64,000 nt of DNA from Selaginella moellendorffii. Taxonomy: Eukaryota > Plantae > Lycopodiophyta. The DNA lies in contig NW_003314308.1 of assembly GCF_000143415.4 (NCBI RefSeq), positions 1,096,654-1,160,653 on the forward strand. The letters run 5' to 3'. The notes under the pieces were generated by a model. The model made no database searches. It was given only the letters and a program-made list of their open reading frames with translations, and was not told the DNA's origin. A program made the position numbers and the translations under genes. This document shows positions 14,099 through 25,568 of this stretch, in pieces (the first letter of the stretch is position 1; each line of letters begins with the position of its first letter).

Positions 14099-14389
14099 CC
14101 CGGGAAATAAGAAAATCTAGGAAGAATATTCTAGGGAATATTCCTTAAAAGGTTCTCTGTAATATTCTCTAGAATGTTCTTTAAAATATTCGCATCCCCA
14201 ACACCACTTTAAGTCCCATCAACACATTTTTTATTAGGTCAACGCCATCAGGAAGACACAGGATTTGGTACTCAAGGGGGATGCATTGGTGATGCATCCA
14301 GAGCGCCAGGCACAAGCTCAGAGCCCGAGGCAGGCAAGAGTAGTAGCCAATCTACAGGTGAGAGCAGCTAGTCATGCTTAAGCTGGGAA

Positions 14390-14830
14390 TTCTCCCCCAC
14401 TCAGTTTGTTTTTGTCGCTCAAGTCATAGCCATTGTTGTTGTTGGAATTCCTCTGAAAAGACTCCTAGCCTCCTTGGCAGCCATAGCAAAAATGCCATTA
14501 ATTTTTTTGTCGACATTCTTCTTCCAGCCAGATTATCCATTAGTGGGAGTGGCGGGATCACAAGAACCAAAGGCAGTCTTCTTCCATAGATCATCCATCA
14601 GTGGCAGTGTTGGGAATAGGGAACGTGGCAAGCTTGGTAGCAGTGCCTCTTGGGCTCTTGTGATCTTGCCACTCCCACTGATGGATGATTTGGCTGGAAG
14701 AAGAATGTCGACAAAGGAATCAACGGCACTGTTGCTATATCTGCTAAGGAGGCTAGAAGTCCTTCAAAAGGAATTCCAACAGCAACAATGGCTATGAGTT
14801 GAGCAACTGAAACAAGTTGAGTGGGGGAAA
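14390..14830. repeat. Long imperfect inverted repeat (arms ~14390-14578 and ~14642-14830)
   Basis: catagccattgttgttgttggaattcc...ttgtcgacattcttcttccagcca...agtgggagtggc is mirrored by gccactcccact...tggctggaagaagaatgtcgacaa...ggaattccaacagcaacaatggctatg. Confidence 0.9.
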
Positions 14831-15025
14831 GAAACTATGAGAGATCCAAGTACCTGGGTTGTAGCTTCTACTGCACCCCATGCTGCCATAGCTTGGGCAG
14901 ACAGAGCTTGAGCAGCCAAATATGCTGCCAGGCATCCTGCCAAAGCTGCCACCGGAGTGTCTTCTGCTAGTGATGCTCCAAAGCCCTTTGCGCAAAAGCT
15001 GCTGCTTCCACCGTCATGCCCCTTG

Positions 15026-15140
15026 CTTCCGCCCAGATCATCCATCAATGAGAGTGGCAGGATCACAAGAGCTAGAGGCACTCTTCTTCCACCCAGATCA
15101 TCCATCAATGGTAGTGGCGGGATCACAAAAGCCAAAAGCA
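15026..15140 (+). repeat. 60-bp tandem unit (2 copies), related units at 14520-14610 (+) and 14645-14705 (-)
   Basis: cttccNcccagatcatccatcaatgNNagtggcNggatcacaa repeats with a 60-bp period; translates as LPPRSSINxSGxITxAxxT. Confidence 0.85.
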
Positions 15141-15848
15141 CCCAGTCCAATTTCAAGCAACAGTACGTTCGACACTACAAGCTGTGGGGTGAATCGTGTG
15201 GGAGCGTGGCCAAAGAAGGTTGAAAAGGCTGGAGGAACATCTCCCAGTGGCAATGGATACAATGCTGAAGGAGCGTCTAGTGATTGGCCACAGCTTGACA
15301 TCCCCATCCCCCCCTGTCCTATTGACATCGATTCCCTTCCGGGGATCCCCAGCTTTGGAGCTGAATGTGACGATCTCCTTGAGCTCCTGGAGTAGACAGA
15401 AATTATACGATTCGTTCATTGTCTTTTCGTGTGTTCTTCTGCTCCTTGTCTTTGCCGTTCGCATTAGAATGTCACCTGCGAAGGTAAGCACTGTGTGTTC
15501 TTCAAATTCGTTTCCAGAGAAACCATCCAAGCTTATGGCTCTCGACAGTGCAGCGAGGAGCTTTATTGCGAGAGAGCGAACTTGAGCTCCCTCGGCCAGC
15601 CCCCAGAGCTTTTCGGTGACGCCTTCGGGCCAGACGCTCATTCATCGCTGAGGATCCACCTTGTCCAGAGCCGGATCTTGTGCTGGGATCAAGTCCTCAC
15701 TCGGATGGCGTGGGAATCACCTTACTGCTCCAGGACGAGGTAGAGGGTCTCCAGATAAGAAAGAATGGCGAGTGGAAGCCTGTGAACTCCATGCCGGATG
15801 CATTCGTCGTCAACATTGGAGATATATTAGAGGTAACTTAGAGAGTAC

Positions 15849-18307
15849 CTTGCCTTTCCATCTTTCAAGTTGCCGTGGTGTCGCAGGTGATGAGCAATGG
15901 AATATATAAGAGTGTGGAGCACCGAGTAGCTCCGGAGGTGCACGAATATCGGCAGCTTTCTTCTTTTCACCCAGCTTTGAAGCAGTTCTCAAGCCCTTGG
16001 TGCCGGACAAAAAGCCTCTCTTCAGGGAGCTTACTTTCGGGGAGTTTATCGCCGCGTATATGGGCAATGCGCTCAAGGCAGTAATATAATGCCGCATACC
16101 TAGTGTTTGTTTGATATGTCTAGACCACTTTTGAGGTCAAAAGTCGTCAACAAGGTCAAACAAAAACTGTTCATTCACATTTGAGATGAGATATCCATAT
16201 TGTTTAAATTAATCCTCTGAAAATTGCATATGCTATAATATATGCTGAGAGCCTCTCATAATCCCCTCTGAATATTTTGCCCATTTTAAACCATAAATCT
16301 CTGTGTTCCTGGTCATAATATATACCACCTGCTGCAATCGCCTTGACCATGGCATCGCCTATTTCATCCGCGCTTGCTCCCAAGGCCCTCTGTACGTTGG
16401 GAGAGTTTATCAGCTTCTCAAGAGCTAGACATCTCTTCCTCGTCCCATCTGATGCAATAAAAATGCCCCTCTTGTTCCGATATGTATCACGATTTCCGTG
16501 ACTATTTAGAGCTAAGGTGCCTGCAAAAACAGCTTTGGTAAATACTTCCAGCATCCAAATATAATTCATGTCACTCACACTCTTCTGTCCACGTTTTGCG
16601 ATCAATGTCTAGAGTCAAGCGATCCTCAAATATCAGCTGCGCAAAACAACACAACAAGAGAAAAGGAAACAAATCAGAAACACACTCCAACGAAAAAACC
16701 AAAGAGAGTGTGCGTACGTGAACAATGTAGACTATCATGGCACCGAACGGCACCTCGTCTCTCAGTTGCTTAGGGCTGCCGTCAAAGTAATGCTCCGGAA
16801 CTCTGTACTCGAAGTTGAAGACTAAAATCAGCCCTCTCCATGCCAGCTCCCTTATTTCTCCCAGCTCGGACTGCGAGCAAGGGACCCCATCCGGCTCCCA
16901 CTGCGCGTTCCTGCACAGCTACACGAAATGGCCGCTAAAATCCTTGCCGAAAACGGCAGCGGCGGCACGGTAGAGCTGGCGCTCGTCGCTGCTTCCCACT
17001 GCCACCGACTGTGCGTGCTCCACGATCGACTTGCCCGTCGAGCACAGCGTCTGGAGCTCGGCATGGTCGCGCTGCCCCTTCTTCGTCAGTGTCCAAGTGT
17101 AGATCAGACGGCCAATTTGCAAGGTTGCATCCGTAAAGTCCATAACGTATGGAACCTCGCGAGGCCTGTGCTGGTAAACGAGCGACCTCCTTTGAACCCA
17201 GCGCTCCAGAGTTACAAGAAGGCTTTTGTCCCACTCGAATGTGGGAGTCACTCCTGCCACCACCTCCTGCCAAGAAAAAGAAAAAGAAGAGAAAAGAATA
17301 AGAAGCCTGTTGAGTCTCATCTGTGTTTTGCAAGTCGAGCTAAGGATCTTACCTCCAACACCTGACGGACGCCGGCGGTGAGGTCGATCGACTGCCACTC
17401 TACCATCGGGAGTTCCTTGAAGCAAACGTTATAGACCCTGTCGATGATCTCCTTGGGTGGCAGATAGAAATCCTTAAACCTGTATGCGTGCACTGTGTCT
17501 AGGAAGAAGAGCAAGAGGTTGCCCAGGTGCCCCCCGCCGCCGGCTTTGGCTTGAGCTTCGAAAGCGTCGAGCCATTCGAACGGCTGCTTGTTTGCTTGGA
17601 TCTGGAGCTGCAGCCACGCCAAGAAGAGCACGCAAAGTTCCTGGCTCACTTCAAACAGGCGCATGGCATCCAGAAGACATGTTCGCGTCGAGAAAGTAGA
17701 GGGAACTCTAGACATGAGCGACACAAGATCTGCACAGACGACTGGTTAGAAGTGAAAAGGAAAAGAGAGAAGCCATACATGTAATTCCTTCCGCCGAAGA
17801 CATCGCTTCAGTGGCTGGCGTCTGAATGTCTCTCGCCTTGAGCTGCACAAAAAAAGAAGCTCTTTTACCGGTTTGCCACAAGAAATCTCGAGAACTCACC
17901 TGTTCAAGCTTCTGTACAGCGTAGTGGCAAGGGAGTACGAAGGACAGTAGCTTCCGGCCACCGTAACGTTGCCGGTTGGAGCAACCTCGCTGGCGCGTGA
18001 AATAGTCGGCAGCGATGAAGAGATGCAAGAAAACCTCCGGGACGGGAACCCGGAGGACGTGGGCGACTGCCACAGTCCAGATCTTCCACTTGAGCTCCGA
18101 CACAGTCGACTCATCCATAGAGTAGAACCACGACGCCCCTGGTGAATAATCCAGCTCCAGCCCAAAGCGCTGGAATGCCCCTGCCACCACTCCCAGCAAT
18201 CTGGTACCTATGCTGCTTTGGAACCAATCGGCCACGATCAGACCCACGCGCGGATCCCATCCCACCGCTGGAGTCATTTCCTCTGCCTGAGTCCATCCCG
18301 CATCCAT
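15849..18307 (-). pseudogene. Unrecognised multi-exon gene (at least 7 exons, at least 622 codons) with one in-frame TAG; probably continues toward ~14640
   Basis: Exons 18307-17900, 17842-17779, 17729-17353, 17266-16754, 16636-16579, 16520-16326 and 16099-15849 join in frame through canonical GT-AG introns. Single stop at 16921-16919. No domain recognised. Confidence 0.7.
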
Positions 18308-18699
18308 TAGCCCTATAGGTACTCTGCATTCAAAGGTGTATTTATTGTAGTTTTCACTGAGGAATATTAAAGGAATATTGCACTAGGAATATTAAACTGA
18401 TCGCAAGCATATTCCTATGGACCGATCTTTTGAAAGATCCTAACTCCCCTTATATATTCTCTTTTGAGAATATTATTTAGGAATATTCTTTCGATCTAAA
18501 AGGGTGGTGATTTTTCCAATCAAATGAGGGCGATTGTGTAGATAATCTTTTTTGCTCTGTGTGCTTCCCTGGGAAAAAACCGAGCCTCCTCTCTCCTTTT
18601 GTGTTCTTAAAGAGCACCTTATTTGTTTTAGGTATGTCACACATAGAGTGCCATTTGTTTATATTCTATTTCTCTATCAACACTTTTGGTCTTCTAAAA

Positions 18700-19485
18700 G
18701 TAAGCATTCCTTAAGCTGCAGCTGGGAAGCTCAGCAACATCTTCAACTTAAAAAGAGTTGGAATTGCTTCAAAGCTAAAACAAGATGACAAGACAACACT
18801 TTCCAAGACTCTAAGGAGTGAAGCAAATCTGAATTTCAAATTCATGTCAAAAATGGTAGTAAGCTCTATGAGCTCAACAGGGAGAAGCTTTCAATGTTCA
18901 AAAGATATTTCATTTGTAGTCATTATCTGTTTTGTGTCTCAGGATGTTAGAGTTACTTCAATCTGTTTCTATGTAAGTTCATTAGATACTCTACATTGTA
19001 AAAAGATGTGAAAAGATTTTGTTCGGAATAGAAGTAATGTCACAAGGAAGATGATAAGTTTAATTAGCAAAAGAGGCATCACAAGGAAGAAAAAGATATT
19101 TGTTATAGCAAGGAAGCTATATTGTTCTGGTGACAAACACAGTAGCAAAAACTGAAAGGTCATAGACCCTAAACCTGAAGGAAAAAAATTGATACAAATT
19201 AGCTTGAACAACTATTAAATAAACTTTATATAGTTTTGCTAGTCATCTTCCTTACAACAGGAATGGCATTTTGTATGTCATGTACATATTTCTTTGGTGA
19301 AATGGCTGTAAAAGACATAGTTTCGTAGACGACCATACGACCAAGTTTTTAGGTGGCAGACATAAGCGACATCTTAAGCAGATACATGGCACAATTTCCT
19401 CACAAGGAGCCGTGACATCCAAGGACATGGAGTGAATAAAATCCTGTGAAAAGTGTTCGTGGTGTTGTGATTTTCTTATTTTTCA
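18700..19485 (+). pseudogene. Alpha-D-phosphohexomutase (PGM/PMM-like) fragment, copy 1
   Basis: Catalytic phosphoserine motif ASHLPYNRNG at 19238-19267, then an insertion, then KF.GG ADISDIL. The 5' boundary is uncertain. Confidence 0.65.
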
Positions 19486-19875
19486 AAGAGAAAACTACGC
19501 AAGATTCATTAAGATTCTTGCCCTTCTTCCTGAATGGCTCAGCCAGCTCATCGTGAGAATTCTCCCGTGAAGCAGCACCAGCCGGTTTGGTTCTACTGCA
19601 AGCTCTCTCAGCTCCAGTTCCTGTCGAGATTGTTCCACAGCAACGACAGGAGGCTCCGCAGTAGCTTGATGGATCTGCAGAGTGGTATTTCTCAAAGATA
19701 CATACACAGCATGGCTGCTTTCATTTCTTTTCCTCCCGCCTAGAGTTTACTTAGCAGGCTACGGGTTGTAGACGCAGACAGTTCCTGAAGGCGGGCGTCC
19801 TGAAGTACTTGAAACGAGATGATGCTCCTCTTCCTCGTTCCTTCTTCAATACAAATTCTTCGCTGGTCTCTGTTC

Positions 19876-20974
19876 TTACGGGCTGTAGATGCAGACTGCC
19901 TGGACATTGAGGTGGTGAACGCTTGTTGGAAGTTCCAGCCAGTTATGCCGCTTGAGATGGAGAGCAACAGGCTTTTGCAGCATCGAGCACGTCACCGCGC
20001 GCATGACTAGCAGATCGCCACCTTGTAGAGGCCAGTCGACCAAGTATGCTGGACACTGTCCTGTCTCGTACTCTGCAAACTGGAACTGGTCCAGGGTTGC
20101 CCACGCTACCGGATTCCAGTGCCGCCCGCCGCCTTCTTCTTCCAGCTCCAGCAATACAATGGCCCCGGCCCCGTTGCACTGGCCAAGCACCATCAGCTTG
20201 TGCCCGTACCGGAACGGATCCACTCTACAGTAAGAGTAGCGGCCTTGAAGACCCTGTGGCAGCGGGAAGTCGTTCCAAGCTTTGGCACCGGGAATTGGAA
20301 TTGCAGTCCAGGCCTTAGAGCGAGTATCATAAGCTTGCAACCTGCTACCTGGAAAGATGAGGTCCCCGGTAAGATCAGCCGTCAGTATGCCGCTACTAGT
20401 GGACTCGTTCCAGACTTCAAGTATAAACGATGAAATGTCCAGATCGTATGCGCCTGCAGAGCACGTGAATGCTGAAGTGCTCCTGGTCGCCTCTCATTTC
20501 CAGCTTAACCTGACCCCAGGTGTGCGCCATCACAGGACAGTTGCTATCGCGCTCTACGGCCATGTTGAGAACGGGGAGCTCATGTTGAAATCCGGTGTGA
20601 GGATTGCAAACGGCCACCCGCAACTTCCATCGGTAGAGCGACCATTGGAGGCCCTCAGACAAGATGTCGTTCTTGTGAAAGCCACAGCATGCCCGAGGAT
20701 GAGGCCATAGGAATGAAGCCCGGGGGCAACAGCCTGTTTGACACCACTCCTACCAGCTGCTCCTCTGGATACCAGGCCAGCACAGGCGGCCATGAGAGCC
20801 TGTCTTTGAACCTGCCTTCAGACCCTGTCATGAGCAAAAGGACGCACTCCTTCCCTTTGGCTGAGATGTCCAGCTTTGGCAGACTCAAGACACTGATTTC
20901 CGATCCCTTGAAGCCTCTATGATGTCGCCTCAACTTGCTGCTCTTCCTCTTCCTCGGCTTAGCGCCATCCGCCA
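19876..20974 (-). pseudogene. Frameshifted duplicate of the 9696-10808 F-box-associated ORF
   Basis: Near-identical to copy A but with a 2-bp deletion (~20685) and a 14-bp deletion (~20417) that break the frame. Confidence 0.88.
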
Positions 20975-21067
20975 TGCTGCACCTAAGGGAATCAACTTTA
21001 TAAGAATTGCCCTTCACACGGACGGCTGAGATGTGCTGGGCAACACGGACGGGGGCAATTGAAATCA

Positions 21068-21070
<3 letters not shown>

Positions 21071-21104
<34 letters not shown>
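21071..21104. repeat. (CT)n microsatellite
   Basis: tctctc... run seen directly. Confidence 0.95.
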
Positions 21105-21107
<3 letters not shown>

Positions 21108-21494
21108 AATCACCATTCACTACTAACCTGGAGGCAAAGCAATAGCAGCACCCTGTAAAGAATGAGGTTGATAGATGGTGGAGGCACCGATATCTTTTAG
21201 AAGATTCACGTTGTCATCATGGATTCTAGGGCTCTAAATCCCCAGAAAAGGCAGGAGGAAAGTGGACAAGCCGAACCTGCTCATGATCAAGCTGCTGCTT
21301 CTGCTAACGTATCTTTAAAGGATGGAGAATTACATGTCAAGCCTGATGATCACCAGATGTCAGTAAATGCAAACAAGGCCAGGAAGAAGTTAAACTGGAA
21401 GATGCTGACCTTCTAGAGAGAAAGCTATGCCAGAGGTAGAAGCAGTGGCTACTCCTGTAAGACAAGATGATGTTGTTAGACATACGTGAATGCA

Positions 21495-21600
21495 CAAATG
21501 TCTGCTTGCGTGACAAACGAATTCCTGGCTCGATTCTTCTCATTGCTGCCTTGGGAAGCTCGTTGAACAGCAAAACGGCGTGCGAGTCATTGGGATCCAG
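21495..21600 (+). pseudogene. Degenerate F-box motif fragment
   Basis: MSACVTNEFLARFFSLLPWEAR*TAK...C.S resembles the F-box consensus LPxEILxxIFSxLP...C+xW. Contains a stop and a frameshift. Confidence 0.45.
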
Positions 21601-21689
21601 ATCACTTCACCGTGCCAGGACGTTTTTCTCTGGAGTACCAATGGAGGCAAGTTGTGTGGACTACAGATGATGTTTACACAAAAAACTCC

Positions 21690-22586
21690 AATAGAAGTTG
21701 CCCTGCGCCTTCGAAAAAACTTGAGGCACGAGCGAAATATTCCCTTCCAATAAAGAATATTCTAGCGAACATTTTTTAAATATGCTACGAATATTCTAGG
21801 AAATATTCTAAGAGCCGTCACCAATAAGTCGCAGGGTTGTTTTCGTGACGATGATGGTCGTGGCGGCAGGAAGGAGATCAAGGAGCTGCGAAATCGAGAG
21901 ATCGAGCTCAAAAAGGCCGCTGCCAAGGGCAGCAAGGTGGAGCAAAAGGCCAAGACGAGGAAGAAATCTCCGAGGAGCGGCAGCAAGGACACGAATGCTG
22001 GGCGGCTGGACAATCGCGGGTCCGCCGCCAAGAATCTCCAAGGGGAAGAAGTGGCGGGATCGACGAGTGCAGCAGGACGCCGAGAGGGAGCAGCGCATCC
22101 AGGACGAACAGGCACTGCTCGTGAGCGTGGGATTGTCACTCGAGGAGATCAAACCCGACGGGCATTGCTTGTACCGGGCGGTGGAAGATCAGCTCCATCT
22201 CCATCCCAGCGCGCCCCAGTACTCGTTCCAGGAGCTCCGGAAGATCGCTGCGGGCTACATCCGCGAGCACCCAGAGGATTTCGTGCCATTCATCGGCGGC
22301 GATGTGGAGCTGGAGGATTACTGCCGGGAGATTGAATCGACCGCGGCCTGGGGAGGGCAATTGGAGCTCGAGGCCCTCTCTCACGCGCTCCAGAAGCACA
22401 TCTTCGTGTTCTCGGCGGAGATGGCAATCGTGGAGATGGGCAGTGAGTTCCAGCGCGATGGGACGAATCCATCGATCAGGCTCTCATACGCGTTTGGATT
22501 GGGCGAGCGCTACAACTCCGTGGTTCCGGCGTGAGGAAAAACACGGAAGGTTTTGGCGGGAAGAAGTGCCACGTGGCTGCTGACGT
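21690..22586 (+). pseudogene. Deleted duplicate of the OTU gene (41410-42338), including promoter and 3' flank
   Basis: Near-identical to 41270-42395 but lacks exon 1, has several short internal deletions, and the catalytic His motif GEHYNS has become GERYNS. Confidence 0.92.
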
Positions 22587-22594
22587 TATTGCAG

Positions 22595-23290
22595 CTAGAC
22601 ATCTTCCTTACAACAGGAATGGTTTCAAGTTTTTCGGTGGCAGACATAAGCGACATCTTAAGCAGATACATGGTGCAAGCTCCTCACAAGGAGCCGTGAC
22701 ATCCAAGGACATGGAGTGAATAAAATCTTGTGAAAAGTTCAAGCTGAGGTGGTGTTGTGATTTTCTTATTTTTCTGTTATTATTTCTTTCTTGCACTTTA
22801 AGGATTTGACATCCACATTCTTGTTGACAAAGGAAATGGTGCTGGTGGCTTCTTTGTGGTACTTCATTATTTTTGGCCATGGGAGTGGATGTCAGCTTTT
22901 GGAGCCAAATGCCTGTCAGAGAAATGAAGTTCTTATATCTCGACTTTCCTTGCCAGGCATGTTTCTGAGTCATATTCCCAAACCTGAGGACAAGAAAGCA
23001 TTGTTCTCAACCATATTTGACACGGATGTGGATAAGTTTTCTTATTTTCCTTTTCATCCTTGTTCTTTTGGAAGTAACTTGCTCTGCTGCAGTAGAACTT
23101 AATTGTAATCACTTATTGCCATTGTTTTGGCCAAATTACCTTCTCACAATTGTGGTAACAGCTTGAAAGCTTTCAAACGACAGCAGGACAACAATTGCGA
23201 CTGACAACATCACTTCTTGATCAAATATGCAAGGCTGTGATTGAATCTGTCCTGTTCCCTTTTACAGGGGACAATAGTGATGTAACACAA
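22595..23290 (+). pseudogene. Alpha-D-phosphohexomutase (PGM/PMM-like) fragment, copy 2
   Basis: HLPYNRNGFKFFGG, GFDIHILVDKGNGAGGFF, QLLEPN...GMFLSHIPKPEDK, metal loop IFDTDVD, GTTIATD. Introns are retained and frameshifts are present. Confidence 0.8.
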
Positions 23291-25568
23291 ACTTCCAACG
23301 CAAAATGGTTGTAGAACTCAGTGGGTGAGGAGTCCCATCTAGCAGGAACTCAAAGTTCTGGGCTCGTTTGTCACGGAAGTGGTTTCTGGATTCAGGATAT
23401 AGCTACTCCTCTGGCTGATATTGTTTGATTATGTACATAACATAGGTTTAGGGAAGTTAGTAAATTCTATTCCTGAGCCTTCGGTCGATAATGGTCTATC
23501 TGGGATGGTAAATTTTCCATTGTAGGTTAGAGAGACTAACTTTGTGTATAAATTTCTCCTGTGATTAAATTCCCTTAATAAGTTAGTTTATATAAAAGTT
23601 ATTCACACTTAAAACATATCTTAAAATTTAGCATATAAATTTTCTAAACACTTCCTAGTATATTATACTTTATTAATTGAAAGGTGATATATCAAATAGA
23701 TATTATATTATTATTCAGATCTTTCAACTACTAGAGTGTCTTGTATTTCAATTCCAGTAGGTGTTAGAATCAAGTGATCTTTTGGCTTTGGGATCTTTAT
23801 ATTCGATGTGTTCTCCATCTCATCTTGTGCTTGAGTTCTTCATTTGTATAAGGTTTATCAAAACACAACATGTTTTCATGGTAGAAATGCCAACTTCATT
23901 TGTAGTTGAGAGTCAAAACACTTGATGATTGTTTATTAAATTGGCACATGATGACAGATGATGGTAATTCTTTTTTACCAAAGGACAATGATAACTCTAG
24001 AAAATGCAAGTGAGAAGCTGCACAAATGACTTTTATCATGAGATTTACTTGTGAACAGTGTCATCATAAAAGCTTTAAGTTAATATCCTTTGTCTTCTAC
24101 CAAGTATGGTTGATCATATTAATTTTTGGTTTTTGCTGAGACTCTATTTGCTGTTGAATAGTAGAATTTTGCCATACTCAAACACTATTTAGAAATAGTA
24201 AGAAGGATTCCATTGGTTGCACTTGCCACAAGAGGGTGAATGTTATAAAAGGGTTGTTATTGTGAATGTATAAAAGTTGTGTATATTAAAATTAGATGTG
24301 GGTAGGGGCCATAGCTATTGAACTCTATGCTAAAATGTTCTAAAGGGGAGAATTCTTATTGCATGATTGCTTTCAGCCCTAGCTAAGGCATGATTCTTTA
24401 ATATGGCTCTTATGAGTAATTCCATTACCATGCTTATCTATACCACTATGCCTAGCTGTACCACCATAACCAAATTTAGTGCTACAATTTGTGCTTAAAA
24501 TCACTATGCCCACTCCTTGTTCACTTAAGTTAAATTACCTAAATCATCTCACATAATTTTAACACATGAATCACAAATTATATATTATGTATGGTTTATT
24601 GTCGCGAATATAATTTTGGATATTTGTCAGCCAATCTAATTTACTAACACTTAGTAAAGAGTGTTTGTAAGGATTGGCCAACAACTATCTTTCAATACCC
24701 AAAGTCACATTTGCAACATTTATGTAATGTTTATATGCAAAAGTAATCCGAAAGGAAAATACATAAAATAATTTATATAAATTTTATATAGTGTTTTCAA
24801 TGCGAATGTGTGTTATTATAAAGCTAGAAATTATACTAGTAGTTTGTGATTTTCATATAAAATGCTTAGTTAATATTCAAAACTTTTTTGAACTCCTTTA
24901 AGTTGTCCATCTTACCATAATTTATACTCCATTACATATTTGTGAGCTTCTATGAATTAAATGATTTGATCACCTACCTCAAATGATAGTTTGTTAAGTG
25001 GTAAAAATCACAAGCGTTCTAAACAACCTTCCCTTTCTTTTATTAGACCTGCACATCATTATTAAAGTTTTGGCATGAAAGATAATAAAAAAAGATATTA
25101 ACAACCAACAATAAAACCACTTGGAAGTACCTTATATTGTTTTACATTATTCATATTTCACTTTATTATTCATCCCTATTATTGGGGTTAAATAGAATTC
25201 AGAAGGCTTTAAGAGATATACCACATGAAATGACTTGAGATTGTTTTTAGTTTTGGAGTCTAAAATGTTTAAGAGGAGGATAATAAAAAGGCAATGCAAA
25301 CCAAGCTTACCAAACAAATAGAACATACTAGTTATACTATAAGTTACAAAATATTTTACTTTATCAATCCTCCATAAATAGTTGATTATACTACATGTGC
25401 CAAAAGAATATTGATATAACCTTCTCAAGAGTTTAAAAGGCATATTGGAGAAATGATGAATTTTGGCTTCTAGTCTAGGAAAATCACAAATTTGGAAGGA
25501 ATTATTATGAGGGAAGTAGGAAGAGGGAAGAAAAAAGTGTTTATAAAAATCTTCTAAATTTAGCTATT

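Noticed and set aside
21845-22534. 229-aa ORF as a functional second OTU
   Set aside because: It starts inside the parental intron, has an out-of-frame N-terminus, and has lost the catalytic His.
24790-24845. Possible Helitron 3' end (CTAGT)
   Set aside because: No convincing GC-rich hairpin upstream and no matching 5' TC boundary.
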